From Lingula anatina (taxonomy: Eukaryota > Animalia > Brachiopoda): DNA of 64,000 nt. Location of the stretch: assembly GCA_051362555.1 (NCBI GenBank), contig CM120642.1:6386001-6450000 (forward strand), given 5' to 3'. Every line of letters begins with the position of its first letter. The stretch's first letter is position 1. A model generated the notes under the pieces. That model did no database searches. It was given only the letters and a program-made list of their open reading frames with translations, and was not told the origin of the DNA. The position numbers and the translations under genes were made by a program. This document shows positions 25,931 to 39,885 of this stretch, in pieces.

Positions 25931-28900
25931 TATGTACAGACACAAATGTGTCTGTACATATAGCTTTCACCAACATCTGTTTTTGATGTCACCGCAGTGC
26001 TATTTCACCAAAAACATGATTAGGGACATTTTTTGGCTTTTAACTTACAGAACTGATGCATATTCTAAAAAGGCAGGTCCAGTTTGAAAATGAGCATGAT
26101 AAGGACATTTTTTCAAAAGTTATACTGGTTTTTTACTCTTTTTTTTTTCAGCATATATGCAACACCAGTAACACAATAAGTAGAAAACACTATTACCTTT
26201 TGGCTTGAAACTTACAGAACTGATGAATATTCATAATACGAAGGTCAAGTTTGAAAATCAGCATGATCGGGCCTTTATTTAATAAGTTATGTTTTTTTTT
26301 CGCTTTTTTCAGCATGTGCAATACTGATAACACATTTCATGGAAAACCGATTGGCTTATTGTCTTGAAATTCACAGGAGTGATCATTCTTTCTAAAAATC
26401 ATTCTTTCTATGCTGTTTTTTATTTTTTATTTATTTATTTATTATTATTTTTTATTTTTTATTATTTATTTTTCTTTTGCTTTTTGCTTTTCTCACTATA
26501 TATGCAACACTGACAACACATTTCCAGGAAAACCGATAGGTCTATACTGTCTTGAAAATCACTGGAGCAATCAATGTTACTAAAATACAAGTTGAGTCTG
26601 AAAATCAGCTTGTTATGCCTTTTTTTGTATATAAATGTTTCTTCATAATATTTAATTCTTAGGCATGTTAACAGTCTTATTATTAAACTAATTAGGTAAG
26701 TAGGTGTTATTTGACATTTTCTGTGTTCTATTGACATTTTGTGCATCATAACAATATTGTTAGTTGAAAATTTAAAAATGATGGTAAACCTGTTATCATG
26801 TATTGTGTAATATAGTGTCAAAAATTGAAATAATCTCATATCATTGCAGTTTGTCAGATTCAATCATTCACTATATTCAGAATTTCAGAATAGAACAAAT
26901 TGGACATTTAAAAATATTCTATTGGTATCTTCCGCATCTCAACAATTTTCTTAGTTGATCATATAAAAGTTAGTATATTAGTATATTGATCATTTTATGT
27001 AAAAAAAAAAATTGTTGAAACAGGAAATAGTCTCAGTACAGTTATCTCTTGTGTACATATTGGCATTTTCAAGGTTTGAATTAGAAATGTCATGGGCCTG
27101 AAGACCTTTGCTAGCTACATTTTCTAAATATATGTGTTACCTGCAGTGCATTATTAACGATTGGTGATGATTATGCTGTTCAGTTTTATGTAATTTTGCA
27201 TCAAAATTGAAGAAAAACCTATTTTGGGCACTGCTGCCATAGTTACCATTAAAGGAAAACCACATCACTAACTCTTTTCAAACTTATAGAAAAGACACAA
27301 AGGAATCAGCTTCAATTAGAAAACAAATCTGATTATTTGATATTTCTGGAAGTTTTACTTTTTTTGTGTGTGAAAACTTCATTTTTTCACATCTTGACAT
27401 TTTCAAGGTGTGGCTATTAAACCTCTCTGAAGACCTTTACTAGTCACATCGTCTAAATATCCATGACACTTATACTTTATTATTGAAAATTGATGGCCAT
27501 TATGCTAGAAAGCATTCTGTAATATTGCATCAAAATTGAAGAAAACCCTTTTTTGGGCACTGCCTCCAAAGTGACCATAAAAGGAAAACCATGTCACTTA
27601 CTCTACTTACAGAAAAGAAACATATGACTTAAATGCTGCCCGAGTTGGAAAAGCAGTCAGATTGGCTTCTTTTTCTGGAAGTTATACATTTTGTGAGATT
27701 TTCCTTTTTTCAAATATTGGCATTTTCAAAGTGGGACTTGGAGTTCCCAGGGGCATGAAGCTGAATGGTAATCAAATGTACTAAATCTCCATGTAATTTA
27801 TAGTACATAATTAAAATTTGGTAGTAATTATGATGTTAATCATTATGAAATATTGCTTGAAAATTGACAAAAAATCTTTGTGCTTGCTACCAACACAAAC
27901 GTAATTAAAAGAAAACTGTGTTACTTATTATTTTTATGTACAGACACAGATGTGTCTGTACATATACATGTAGCCGTCACCTGCATCTGTTGTCGCTGTC
28001 ACCGTGCACTTTCACTGATAAAACGATTAAGTGGAAAACCATTTTCCCATTTGGCTTGAAACTTACAGAACTGATGAATATTCATAAAACCCAGTTTAAG
28101 TTTAAAAAATCAGCCTGATCGGACCTTTTTCTTAATAGTTATGCTGTTTTTTTTGCTTTTTTCAGCATATGTGCAACACCGATAAGAGGATAAGTGGAAA
28201 ATGGTTTAACCTTTCAGCTTTAAAATTAGAGAACTGATAAATATTCCTGAAAAAAGGTTAATTTCAAAATTTAGCCTGATCGGGCCATTTTTATCAAAGT
28301 TAAGCTGTTTTTTTCACTTTTTTCAGCATAATTAAAAATTGTTGGTAATTATACATTATGTATTCATTATGTTAGTTCAGAGCTTGCCTTATTAAGTTTC
28401 AAGTGGCCATTAAATGAGATAACATAAAACACACATGTTGAGATTTCCCTTTAAAATCCCATAGGTTAAGCTCTCTGCCAGATAACAGTGTCCATAATAA
28501 GGAAGCAGTGATAATTATGCAGGTAAATGTTGTTTAATATTGCAAATAAGTTTTCAAAAAATCATTTTGTCTAATGCCAACATTACTCCTTTAGATGGAT
28601 AACAGTGCTTTATTATCCTCAAACACAATGGGGTTATTCATATCATGTTAATACAACAAGATTAAAAGTTTGAATAGCAATTGGAATTATTTTTGTTGTT
28701 TTCTTTTTAATTTTTTTCAAACACTGGCATTTTCAAGATGTGACTTTTAACTCCCATCCACCTGAAGCTCTGCACATTTTCTGTATTTCAACATAAGTAG
28801 TTGTATTGGAATTTATGTCTTTAAACATAATGTATTATTATTTTACGCATTGTCATCATTTTTCAAATATTGGTATTTTCATTATATGAATTGGAACTCT

Positions 28901-29261
28901 CATGGTCCTGAAACTGTAATCTTATTGCAGGGTAGGATTGAGACCGTCTTCTGGGTCTTCCGGAAGACGGTCAGATTTTGAAGTTTACATTGACGGGTAT
29001 CTATTTTTTCTGTTGGAAGACCATCAAAAATGGAGGATGGATTAACAAAGATAATTTGGAATACTGTCAAAAAATATCTCTGGATCTGCTCCTGTTATTG
29101 ACCATGTTACCTGTTGTGCGTAATTAAAATTCAGTGTTGATTGACTGTGCTATTATAAGCATTATTTATTATTGCATCAAAATTGACAAAATGGCCTATT
29201 TTCTGCATCTTTATTTTCTGTTTTTTTTTTTGTCTGTACATTTGACAGCTTTGCTGCCTTG
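25931..29261 (+). mobile_element. HINE family 2 (composite or nested, two 5' ends)
   Basis: 5' hairpin ATGTACAGACAC-n4-GTGTCTGTACAT at ~25931 and ~27934. Internal repeats GATGAATATTCATAA..GTCAAGTT.GAAAATCAGCATGATCGGGCC. 3' subTIR GTCTGTACAT plus stem-loop GACAGCTTTGCTGCC and CTTG-TT at 29232-29263. Homologous to 46564-51343 on the opposite strand. Confidence 0.7.
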
Positions 29262-29888
29262 TTTTATCTCTGCATTTCATGCAAGGCTACTTTTCTTTCT
29301 CAATTTAGACCTTAGAAACGATGAAAGCCCTCTGATGAAACTACCCGAAGTCCATATTTCCGCTAGAAATATACAGGAAGTCATGGCGTTCCAAACGTAA
29401 CGGCATTTAGAAAATAAATTCAATTTAAAAAGGCGTAGAACATCGATTCGGGAGGTGCAGAAAATTACTTTTTTAAAGAAAAAATCCGGTTGGGCGTCAA
29501 AAACTGGAAAGAGTGCTTATCATATCAGCTATTGAGTAAAATCTGTCGGCATAGGACCCTTCTGTGCACACAAAATGCTTTTGCTAAGAAGCCTAGTATT
29601 CCTTCCAATCGCTTTTATAGTTTTTAAGTTCGAAACATCACATTTTTTCATATGGTAAACAGGCATTTAATCGATGTGTCAGCGTTAATGTGATGGACGA
29701 AAACGTTAATGTTCTCAACTGGATTGGTCTCTTGAGAAATTAAGTGTACTCTGTAGCTTGAAGCTGATGTATGAAAAACGAAGCCAAACACAAATCTACA
29801 AATCTTTATGTTGGGGACTCGTACCGAAATACCTTTTTATCATAAAAGTACACGGAATATTAAAGAGATAATAACTGGTCGTTTTAGC

Positions 29889-29890
29889 AA

Positions 29891-29971
<81 letters not shown>

Positions 29972-30012
29972 TAAAATAAATAAATAATAATAATAATATT
30001 AAATAAATAAAA
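29889..30012. repeat. compound poly-A/(TA)n/(AAT)n microsatellite
   Basis: Directly visible. Confidence 0.9.
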
Positions 30013-32077
30013 ATTGCATTCGTGTCGGTAAAAATCAGAATTTTAAACGCAAAAACTGGTGTACAGGCCATGAATTTTTCAACGGTTTCGGGTTGGATAT
30101 ACCTGTAGAAGAACCTGGTGAGCTGAACCGTCGAAGAGGAAGTTTTAACCTCAAGTGCCCTAGACTTTTATTTATTCTGTCTGGCAAAATCTCTGTTTAG
30201 CTGGATATCCTGCACAAGGTGTATCATATAGGAAAGGAGATTACAGTTATGACTCGTATGTTTTGTATGCCCTTGTCTCTGACTTTGTCTTGTTGAATTT
30301 TATTTTATAATACGTGCCCCGATCTCCCATGGGGATATACCTACATTAAATGTACAGTCTTTTTTGCCAGTACGGACGTATTGAAATATATTGACGTGAC
30401 ATTAACGGTATGAAGTACATGTATTGCCTCGTCCTGATCGAACACGTTAATATTATTAACTTATTGGTTATTATTTTTTAATAAATCATTATCATCATAG
30501 AAACTTCTACAGTCTATATGATGGTTATCATTCAAGAACGCTCAATTTTGACATCGCGTATTTTGAGTATAATTTTTGTATTTTGTATATGTATTTGTTA
30601 ACTTCGTAGTTTGTAAGACTACGTTAAAAGCAATTTTACCGAAATGTTTACTAGTTTGAAGTTGATGTATGAAAAACAGCAGAGCTCTGTAAACCGGTAG
30701 GGGTGGCGTATGGTCGGCACTATCAATATGATTCTTTTAGAGCCATAGTTAATACTGCGATGCGTTTTTTATCCACGCAAAATATATTTGATCAATTTGT
30801 CGAGACGCTAGTAACTAGGCTAATGGAATTATATTGATTGTTACAGTAACCGATAAAGACAAAGGTGGGGAAAATACCATGAAACGGAAATGTATCGTGA
30901 TTTGATGCATTTCACCTGAAATACATCTCTATTATTCCGCATAACGTAAAATAACGGCGAATATTTGCAGTCGATATCCCCATTTACAATAGGACACATA
31001 CTGTCTACGCGGAGTGATGTATAACATCGTTTTCTCTCGCCAGGGCGTTATGTCGAACTAAAGTAGACAGTAAGTACCGAAGAATTAACACAATTGTCAT
31101 TGTAATGCAGTCTGTGCAAAAGTATTCTCTATCAGGAAAAAAAAAACAGGGAAAACTTTTCACGTGACATTCGCAAGAAATTTCTCTGGTTGTTTTTCAA
31201 AAGTCGTGCACAGTCTCTATTGTTTTGGCGAGGATTTGTGATTGGGCTACCCTCAAATCGTGAATAACGAGAGCATGCAAAAGTAAAATGGAGCTGTTTT
31301 TAAGACATTTGACAGTGACTTTGTTTTGATCGCTGATTTTTTTCTCAACTTTTTGCATTGTCATATGCACTCGGATACTGTGGTACGACTTTTATCAAAA
31401 AAAGTTGAAATCAATCTAATAACGATATACTAGTTTGCGAAGCATCTTAACAAGGCATTTTTTTCTTTAGCGACCATAAACACTTTCCTGTTCTCCAACT
31501 TCTTGTGTATTTGTCTAATTTTAACTCCCGTCTCAACTCTGACCGAGCTCAAATTGAGCCCTTTTTGAACCGAAAATAAATTGTTTCTTACTAGTAGTAG
31601 GTCGCCGCGGCAATGGAAAAAGAACAAAACACCTTTTTAGATATCCTCTAGCCAGTTGGCCTGTAGACTGCCAAGTGGTCACAATTTTATTGAAAAAAGA
31701 ATGACAGTAAGAAAATAAAGACGACTTAGTAGTACAAAAAAAAATTAAATAATAATAATTATAACCTGAAAATTTACAATAAGCATCCCTTTCATCTGAC
31801 ATGTCTAATAAAGTTTAGAAAAACTCCCTCTAAACTTTACCATGCAGTGTGCTGCCTATAGGGCCAAAAGAAAGGTATTCTCTTTTCTTATAATCGAGAA
31901 GTAGTTACTTAATTATAATGCAATCAGTGAAAAGTCATTGTCACACCTCGGACTTGTTCTATGTTGAGTAGACCCGAACGAAAACAAACGCGTCTTCATC
32001 TATTTACCTTTCAGGTCTTTCTCGGCTTGGTCAGCGATCCGCATTACTGCTGACGTCAGGTCACACAAGCTGGGAAC

Positions 32078-35000
32078 ATGGCGTCTGCAAAAGCCCCTAG
32101 TCGTCGGTAAGTACCGCATGCTCCTTTGTGACACTAACTTCGCTTATCTACTCGTTCTTATGTAACTATAAAAATATGTGCGCTTAGTTTATAATTTAGG
32201 GTCAATATTGATAAAATATTAATCTTTACGGTAGCTGGGAGCAATTTCAACAAAGATAAGAGTGAACAGTGTACTATGCTGTGATACATATCTGACCTCA
32301 CAGCTCCGAAAAGCAAGTCCCTGTACTCAGCTGTGATTTGACCTTCTCCGGGTTATGTGATATCAGTATGTTTCAATCTCACATACCTGCTCTCGCTAGG
32401 ACTCATACGACGTGTAGAATGTGTCCTTAACCAACAGAAGCTTGGGAAGCTCTCCCTTATTTCACTAACTTAAGTAATATCTGAAAGTTGGACAGAAATC
32501 GCATGCTGTGTCGCGAAGGGTCACTGGCATTATTGTTAAACCCAGGGTACTTCGGTGAATTCCTTATCCGCCCATGAAATTATCACTTCAAAATAATTTC
32601 GATAATATAAGTGAGTTAAATAAATAATATGATTTGGTCTTTGACTTTTTTGTATTTCTACAAGCTTGAGAAGGTGGGAAGGCGTGTTTGTGATCGACTA
32701 GCTGTAAAGTGTGATGGTAGGGTGGGGTATAGAGGGGTGGTGGGGTACAGCAGGAGGGCATTGTCTGTATCCCTGAGTATGATTCAATATCTGATATAGC
32801 GTTAATAGAAATCTTTGTTCAATATATTGAGATCACTGGCCACGCCACCATTCACATGCATATACGTGTTTACACAATGGTGCATACACTCAAATCCAAC
32901 TGCTCTGCGCCTTAATTCTGTTTATTTGGACCACGCTGAAAAACCAGGTCGACTGACTGCTTTAGGCTAATATAATCGCTTCAGTTTAAGAGGGGCATGG
33001 GGTACCTTAAGCAGCGCTTGATCCTCTTTCCATTTTCCTCCCGACTCTCTTTCCTGCGATCAATTTAATAACTAATCTTCTTGTGTTTGTATCGTCATCT
33101 TGATTATTCCCAAGCTTCCATTAAATCAACAAACTTTATTGCCCTGTAGTTCAGCAAGGATTGTAGCCAAAATAATAAAAAAAAGTCGCGTCCCATTTAT
33201 ATTTCAGTGCGCACTACCTGAAGTGCTAGTGTCACGCTCTCAGAGTGACCTCGTGCTGAGACCGTTACAAGAAAATTAAATTGTAGTTTAAAGTAATCTT
33301 AATGTCGTAGTGTAAAACTTTCTCACCTCTATCGTAAGATATGGCGATAATCAATCCATTGAACACGTAATCAATATCATTAAATTCTAAATAACAGAAA
33401 ACTTCTCTGGACACGACTTGACGCGCCACTGTATGCTAGCATCCACCGAGGTTGTGCCTCGACCGTCGTAGTTTTTCTATACTTCTTTTTTTCTATATGT
33501 ATATCATATCGAATACAGCAAGCACACCAAAAGATCTAATGGGGAAACATAATATAAAATGATCTGAGAACAGTGGGAGCACGGCGGTCTGATAACGGAA
33601 CGTTTGAGTCACGCCACCTCGGCAGCATTGAACCTTTTCGAAAACGATTTCAGCATTAAATGGGACGGCAAATGGCTGGCATTAAGCATATTTACCACTG
33701 ACCCGAACTTTGCAGTGATGTTTTAAATAAGCCGTCTGGATTATCAGAAGGTGTTTCCTGTGTTTGTGTCAGGAGCTCGAATAGAAATGATATATATATA
33801 TTTTGCACATTACCAGTTCACCACGCATTCAGCTCTGTATTTGATGCGGGTTCACTATGAATTCACAGCTGGCGTTTGTCATATTCAGGTAAGCTGTAGA
33901 TATACAAACAGATGTTGGTTTGAAGTACGCCAGAGGTTTATTTATTGCTATGTTTAGGAAACCGTTATCTTTAAGTAAAGGGAATTTTAAATTGTAGTAA
34001 AAATTCATCCTTCCTTGGTACGCCCCGGGCCTGTGATAACAAGTCGACGTTCGATCTTAATCAAGACGGCTATGTTCTTAGCCGACTAAAATGCGCTTTA
34101 TAAATACTCGTTATTTTTTTTTGCCCCCCCCCCCGCCCCTGAAGAAAATTACGGTTGTCTAGGCATGGGTTACTGGTTACAATTTTAATAAGATAAGCGT
34201 TATATGGTTTGTCGACTATGTTGACAACAGTTGTTCAATCCTTCGTGAAACGCATTTTTAGATTTAAAAAAAAAATGCGACAATGTTTAATTTTCCCCAC
34301 CACTTCATGTGATGGACCCGGGAAAAAAGGAAAGACAAAAAGAAAAAGAAAAAAGAACGAAAGAAAGATTGGCGTGTCATTGTATGTCGAGTTCTGGATA
34401 TATAAGGTACTTTGTGTACACGCTTTTTGCCAAAATTATTTGATAGGTACGTTAGGTGATTAACAAGAATGAAAGGCAGCAAAATTTGAGTTTGCTCAGC
34501 ATCACAATTTCATTTCAAAACATATATATTAACCGTAATGGGATAGTAAAAAAAAAAAAAAACGAGGCGATGGCACGAGGCAGTGATGAGAATATTTTTA
34601 ATGTGACGCTTGAGAGCTTGATCCACGTACACCGAAAAAAATTCATCAAAATTATACCTTCTTAAATAAGTCGATTTATCTCCCAAATGTGTGGTTTGAA
34701 ATTTAAATTAGCATTTTAATGGAGCCTTTGAAAACAATTTTGAAAAAAAAAAAAAAACACTTGGCAGTTATCAGTAGAACACACACTATAGACGTATGTA
34801 CCTATTTTGGCAGGACACAAAACATTTACATTGGTATAGTAACAAAACGTTCACATGATAGACTACCCTGCTCCATGTCCTGGTACTTGACGTGGCTTAT
34901 ATTATTACCATGAGAATAAAGCAGTTTCAATTAACACTTGGCTGAATTGGCTGTCAGTGTCTGCTGACTCCCTGAGGTAAATAAGACGTGATAATGGAGT

Positions 35001-35860
35001 TCTCCCAAGTCCATATACTCTTTTGCGTTTACATATATCAAGTCCTTGTAAGTTCCCTGTGGATTATTTTCAATACGCAGTTGTAAGAAATTTGGAAGGT
35101 TTTCGATTACTTTGACTTTTGTACAGTGTTTAACAACAGCAACAACAACAACGACAACAATGATGATGATGATGATGATGATGAACTCCATTAGATAAAC
35201 GATATACATTTCGTCAATATTTAGGAGCATTTGTAGTGATAATGCCGCTAGAGTAGTGGTAAGAATTTCCTTTGCAGCCACTAGTGTATTGCATATCGAT
35301 TGTGTGATCCTGTGGCTGTGATAGACCAAACTGAGAGCTGAGCAGACCCTTTTGGTATTATTCCAAATTACATTTAGTTCAGCTTCTGGCTTGACAAAAA
35401 GCCATAGACAGACTGTGTGTTTCAGGTGATTGTTTTGCATTTACGTGATGAAATACCCCCCCTCCCCCACCCGAGTTTCAGAGGTCTCTGGCAACTCCTG
35501 TGTCTGTTGTATACTCGCCCCTCTAATATCTGCCGTTTCCAGTAACGGAATCTCTGAACCTCAAGGTGAAAAACAAATCAAAAACGAGCGCAATTCATTG
35601 ACAGAATAAAAATGAATGGTTGTAAATTTGCAGAGTTGACAATCACGACTATTAACTAAGCGGAATTGGAGCCCGTTACGTTATTATTCTTTTCTTTCAT
35701 ATTACAGGTACAAGTCTCGTGATTTCTGCGGCCTATACTCGGTATTCACCATCAGTGCAGGACTGGTGTTTCCCCTGGCATTGGCTTTCTCCAGCTCTAG
35801 GCATATCACTGCTGTGTGTTTGGAGGTATAGTCTCTCTCTCTCTCTCTCTGTGTATTTGC

Positions 35861-35903
<43 letters not shown>

Positions 35904-36351
35904 AGAGCCCTTCTGTAGACCCATATAACAGATGACGATGCAGGATGAAAAAAGTCACAAATTTAAAGCATGTTTATTTTTACAAATGTTATCATATCCT
36001 GTGGCCCCGTCAACATTCTTTGCTATATTAAAATGACACGGGTTTTCGCCAGATATTCTTTATTTGCCTCATAGTTAAACTTACATATAATCCGCTTCAA
36101 AAGCTATATAGATGTATTCAGGTTTCAGTCTTTTCAAAATGATTTTTATTGAAAACTCGTCGACCAAGTTTCATAAACTAATTGGGCCGACTTCATCTTT
36201 TGAGAGCAAGTCTCAGAATAGGGAAAACGATCACATCCTTTAAAGTTACCATAAAAGATTTTTCAGCCAACTTCATACTAAATCGGATTCGTTGCCACTC
36301 CCAGTATTTCTGTTTGTCGTTTTTGCGAAAGTAGGGAAGGGGGAGGGAAAT

Positions 36352-36390
<39 letters not shown>

Positions 36391-39377
36391 GGGGGTATCT
36401 CCACTCTTCAGGTAGGGGCGACAACACCTGTACGTCATCCCCTGGATAAGATGTCACTGATATACTCGAGTGGAAATAACTGAGTTAAGATGTTGTTTGA
36501 GGGAAACTTTTAATATAACGTTGAGGGCAAAAAGAAGGTGATGCAGTTCTTTGCAATTTCTGTTCCTTGACTGAAATATTCTCAACATTCGTTGCAGGTT
36601 TTCCAGGGCTACCAGTACTTGGTCTCCATTGGTTATCTGATCTACGTTTTTCTGCACTACCTGCATGTAAAAGATCCCGAAAAACCAAGGCAGGTAGCCT
36701 ACCACGAAAACAAAGTGCACTTGGACCACGCTGACAAAGATGAAGATGGATTCAGCAACGGAGCCACGTCATCCAAGGAGTCCCCGAAGAAATCAGTCGC
36801 CAGCGGGGAGGAAGAACTTCCGGCTGTTCACTACGGCGGAGAGGGTCTCACTTTGTATCTACGGATAGGCGCCATAAGTATGCGGTTTATCAGTGTACTT
36901 TTTCAAAACTAATTTACTTTGTTAAAACATTTTGAGTTATATTCGGATAACTGCTTTATATCACTTTTTTTAAGTACAACTTTCATTATATTAAAAAAAA
37001 AAAGAATAATTTTGCGTACTACTCGGTTTATAAGCCTTTCGTAAAAACCTGACAAATATCGAAAATTAGATATTTGCAAGACAGGTTGTTGCCACTGCTA
37101 TTTTAAGCACCTTGAGTTTTAAAGTAAAGCTTCCTGGAAATTCCAGTAACGAGCGAGGCATACTGATACTAGACAAGTGAGTTTCTAAAGACCTCTGAAA
37201 CTAAGGGTGTTTGTAATAAATGAAAACTTATGAGAATATATCACTTCACTGTTCCAGTTTTCGGATTTGGCGGGTTCCTGTATGATATATTAAAAATAAT
37301 AGAATTCGGGACGGAAGTGTCACGAGGTTGCAAACCCTCCACCAACATCGTGTCGACCGTCATCAACCCTATCTTCGTCATTGTTCAAACTTATTTCATT
37401 TTCCGATTTCACAAGGTGAGGAATGAAAGAAGTTACGTTCACATCAGGTTAAATTTAGACCAGTTTGTCATATTAAAAAAAACAGAGAGGATCTAAGATA
37501 AACCTGACGTGAATGACGTGACTCCTGTAGAATGGGTTTTTGAGGATAAAAAGAAACTAAAAGCATTGGCATTTTTCCATTAATTGTTAGTGTGCAGAAT
37601 TCTTAGTGTGCAAAATCACTGCCAAAATAGGCCTACTGTGCCTGTTGACATTTTCAAGGAAATTAAAACGTTGTGTAATGTCTAACGCTTATTATAGACC
37701 CTATTCCCTCAGATTTTAGATCGGTCTATCCCTGTGGGGAGTCTCACTAGATTACTGTCAGCTTAGCCGGCTTAAGTGTCTGTCCCGCCTACTAAAAGCT
37801 GTAAGGGGGTAATTAACTATGGTGCGCGCTCGGCTTACTGCAATTTTGCGTGAACCCCCAGGGAGTTAGGTCGCTCTAAATCTAAATCTCTGGGTCGATC
37901 TAAATCTCTGGGAATGCACCCATATGCCTTTAAGTAATTGCGCCTACAACATCGTGATTGATTTTACTGTCAAATGATAACATCATGAATACTAAACTGA
38001 TATAATGACCTATTTTTGTTTTCCCCCTCATAATAGATAGTTGTGACAAAGAAAAAGGGTTTAGCCAATTTTGGCTTTAGCCACGTGGCTGCGACCAACG
38101 CATGCGTGTTTGTGGCGTACTCTATTCTGGACACCGAAGATGACTTCCGGGAGAGCTTAAGTAAGACCCTATCCTCAATCCCTGAAATACGCCGTAATAG
38201 TCAATTAATGAAGATCAATGTTTTTGTGAAATGCCATTAAGTTTTTCTAAAGCCATCGCAAAGTAATGCTCCCCAGGGAAATATACTGTTTGAATATCAA
38301 TCTTAATTTTTTCTGTTTATTTTAAGTTACTTGAAGGAAATTCGAGTCTTGATGGTCTTGATATCAAAAGTTGTTCGGTCTTGATTCCTTTCCCTTTCCC
38401 CGTTTTTTTTTTTCTCCCATATTAAAATATTATTGTTATACCATCATTATATTATAGAAGAGACTGCCGACAACTCCACCCCAAATGAATGCAGTCGTCT
38501 ACAGTCCCTCTTCGACCGGGCGTCGCCATTTTTGTACCCCTGTGTTCTCGAGTACAGCATCATCGGTGCGGCCCTTATGTACACCATCTACAAGAGCATC
38601 GGCGAACCACCCGAGGACGAGTTCGAGCGGCAGGAGAGGGAGAGGGATAAGCAGCTCAAATCTCGGGCTCTAAAGGACCACGTGCCATCTGTGATTGGGG
38701 GGATATTAGGGCTTGGCGTTGGCCTTGTCACAGTCATTATGATCACAATATACATGGTGGTGTTCGAGGACAGCGATACGGGAAATGACGTCATTGGTGT
38801 TGATATTATCGCATCTTTGGATATCTTGTTGCTGGCGTTAGCAGGGATATCAGTGATCATAGGGTTCGTTTGGATGAAGGATTTGAAATACATGGGTATG
38901 GAGATAGACACTTTGGACGACAACCTCTTGTTGGTGTCGACTGCTGGAGTTTTTGTCAACGGTCTCTTTCTTCTTCTGTCTGTTGTGTCATCCATTGGGG
39001 AAGCAGAAACGTCCACCGTGATCCCAATACTGTTCTTGTGTGTCATGGGAATGACACAGGCCACGGCACAGTTCGTGTTCATCACAGACAGTAGCCGTCG
39101 CGTCCCGGACGTGAAAACGCCGTACAGTACGCACGCGGCGCATCGGCGTGGGCGTGGCCTTATTGTGTTTCTCATGGCCTGTAATCTTTGCATCTGGGCC
39201 GTGAACACGCTGGCGGTGAAAAGAGTCGAAAAGATAACGATATTTAACGACTTCTACGGCACTTTACCTTGGATGATTTTGTATAACCTGACCGTCCCAG
39301 TCGTGATTTTTTTCCGTTTCCATTCAGCAGCCGTTTTAGCAATAAGTTGGAAAAATGCGTTTGTGAAGAAAGATTAA
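32078..39377 (+). CDS. otopetrin family proton channel (OTOP/OtopLc-like)
   Basis: Phase-consistent exons 32078-32106, 35708-35825, 36598-36877, 37258-37415, 38037-38160 and 38458-39377 (TAA). Motifs GLTLYLRIGAIIFGFG, FVIVQTYFIF, FGFSHVAATN, FLYPCVLEYSIIG, FLMACNLCIW and PVVIFFRFHSAAVL are characteristic of otopetrins. The first small exon is the least certain. Confidence 0.93.
35832..35901. repeat. (CT)n and (GT)n microsatellites
   Basis: Directly visible just after a splice donor; another (GT)n lies at 36354-36389. Confidence 0.9.
37697..37921 (-). mobile_element. 225-bp MITE, second copy of 17433-17657, in otopetrin intron
   Basis: Reverse-complement homolog over the full length, flanked by ATA on both sides. 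Confidence 0.85.
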
Positions 39378-39751
39378 TTTTACAGTAAACACCCAGCTTA
39401 AGCTAAAAGCTATAGGCACCGCGTTTCGAAGCTTGACCACATAGTTTGTTAAATGGGAATCATCTGGAATAGTTCAAAAGTTATGCAAGATTATGTGGTA
39501 TTTGGAGGAGAGTGGGGTCAGAAATAATGGAAAACTGGCAAGTACAGTACGGCAACAGAAAAAAAGCTGAGAGGGTTTATAAAATATATCCATTTATTCT
39601 GTAAAATCACTAAACATTAGTGCGAATTCATCATTTTGTGTCACTTTCGTATTGGCTTCTAAGGTGACATGCCCGGTTCATAATAAAGTTTCGCCTTTCA
39701 TGTAATAATTATCACTAAAAAATTAACCCTACCACAAACGGATCATTTCAG

Positions 39752-39885
39752 GCCCCAGTTTCACACACAAAGAAAAAAACAACAACTTAAGTCAGGTTCC
39801 CTGGCTAAGAACTTTAAAAATTACCAAGGTTACATGATCACATGGGCACATCTTACCCTGTCGGATGCAGTGATTAAACTGGGGC
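39752..39885. mobile_element. short MITE with CAG target-site duplication
   Basis: TIR GCCCCAGTTT / AAACTGGGGC, with CAG at 39749-39751 and 39886-39888. Confidence 0.6.

Noticed and set aside
34024-34323. Possible degenerate MITE (CCCGGGCCTGT...GGACCCGGG ends)
   Set aside because: Inverted similarity is too short and degenerate to call confidently.
38588-39208. 206-aa antisense ORF
   Set aside because: Shadow of the GC-richer otopetrin last exon.
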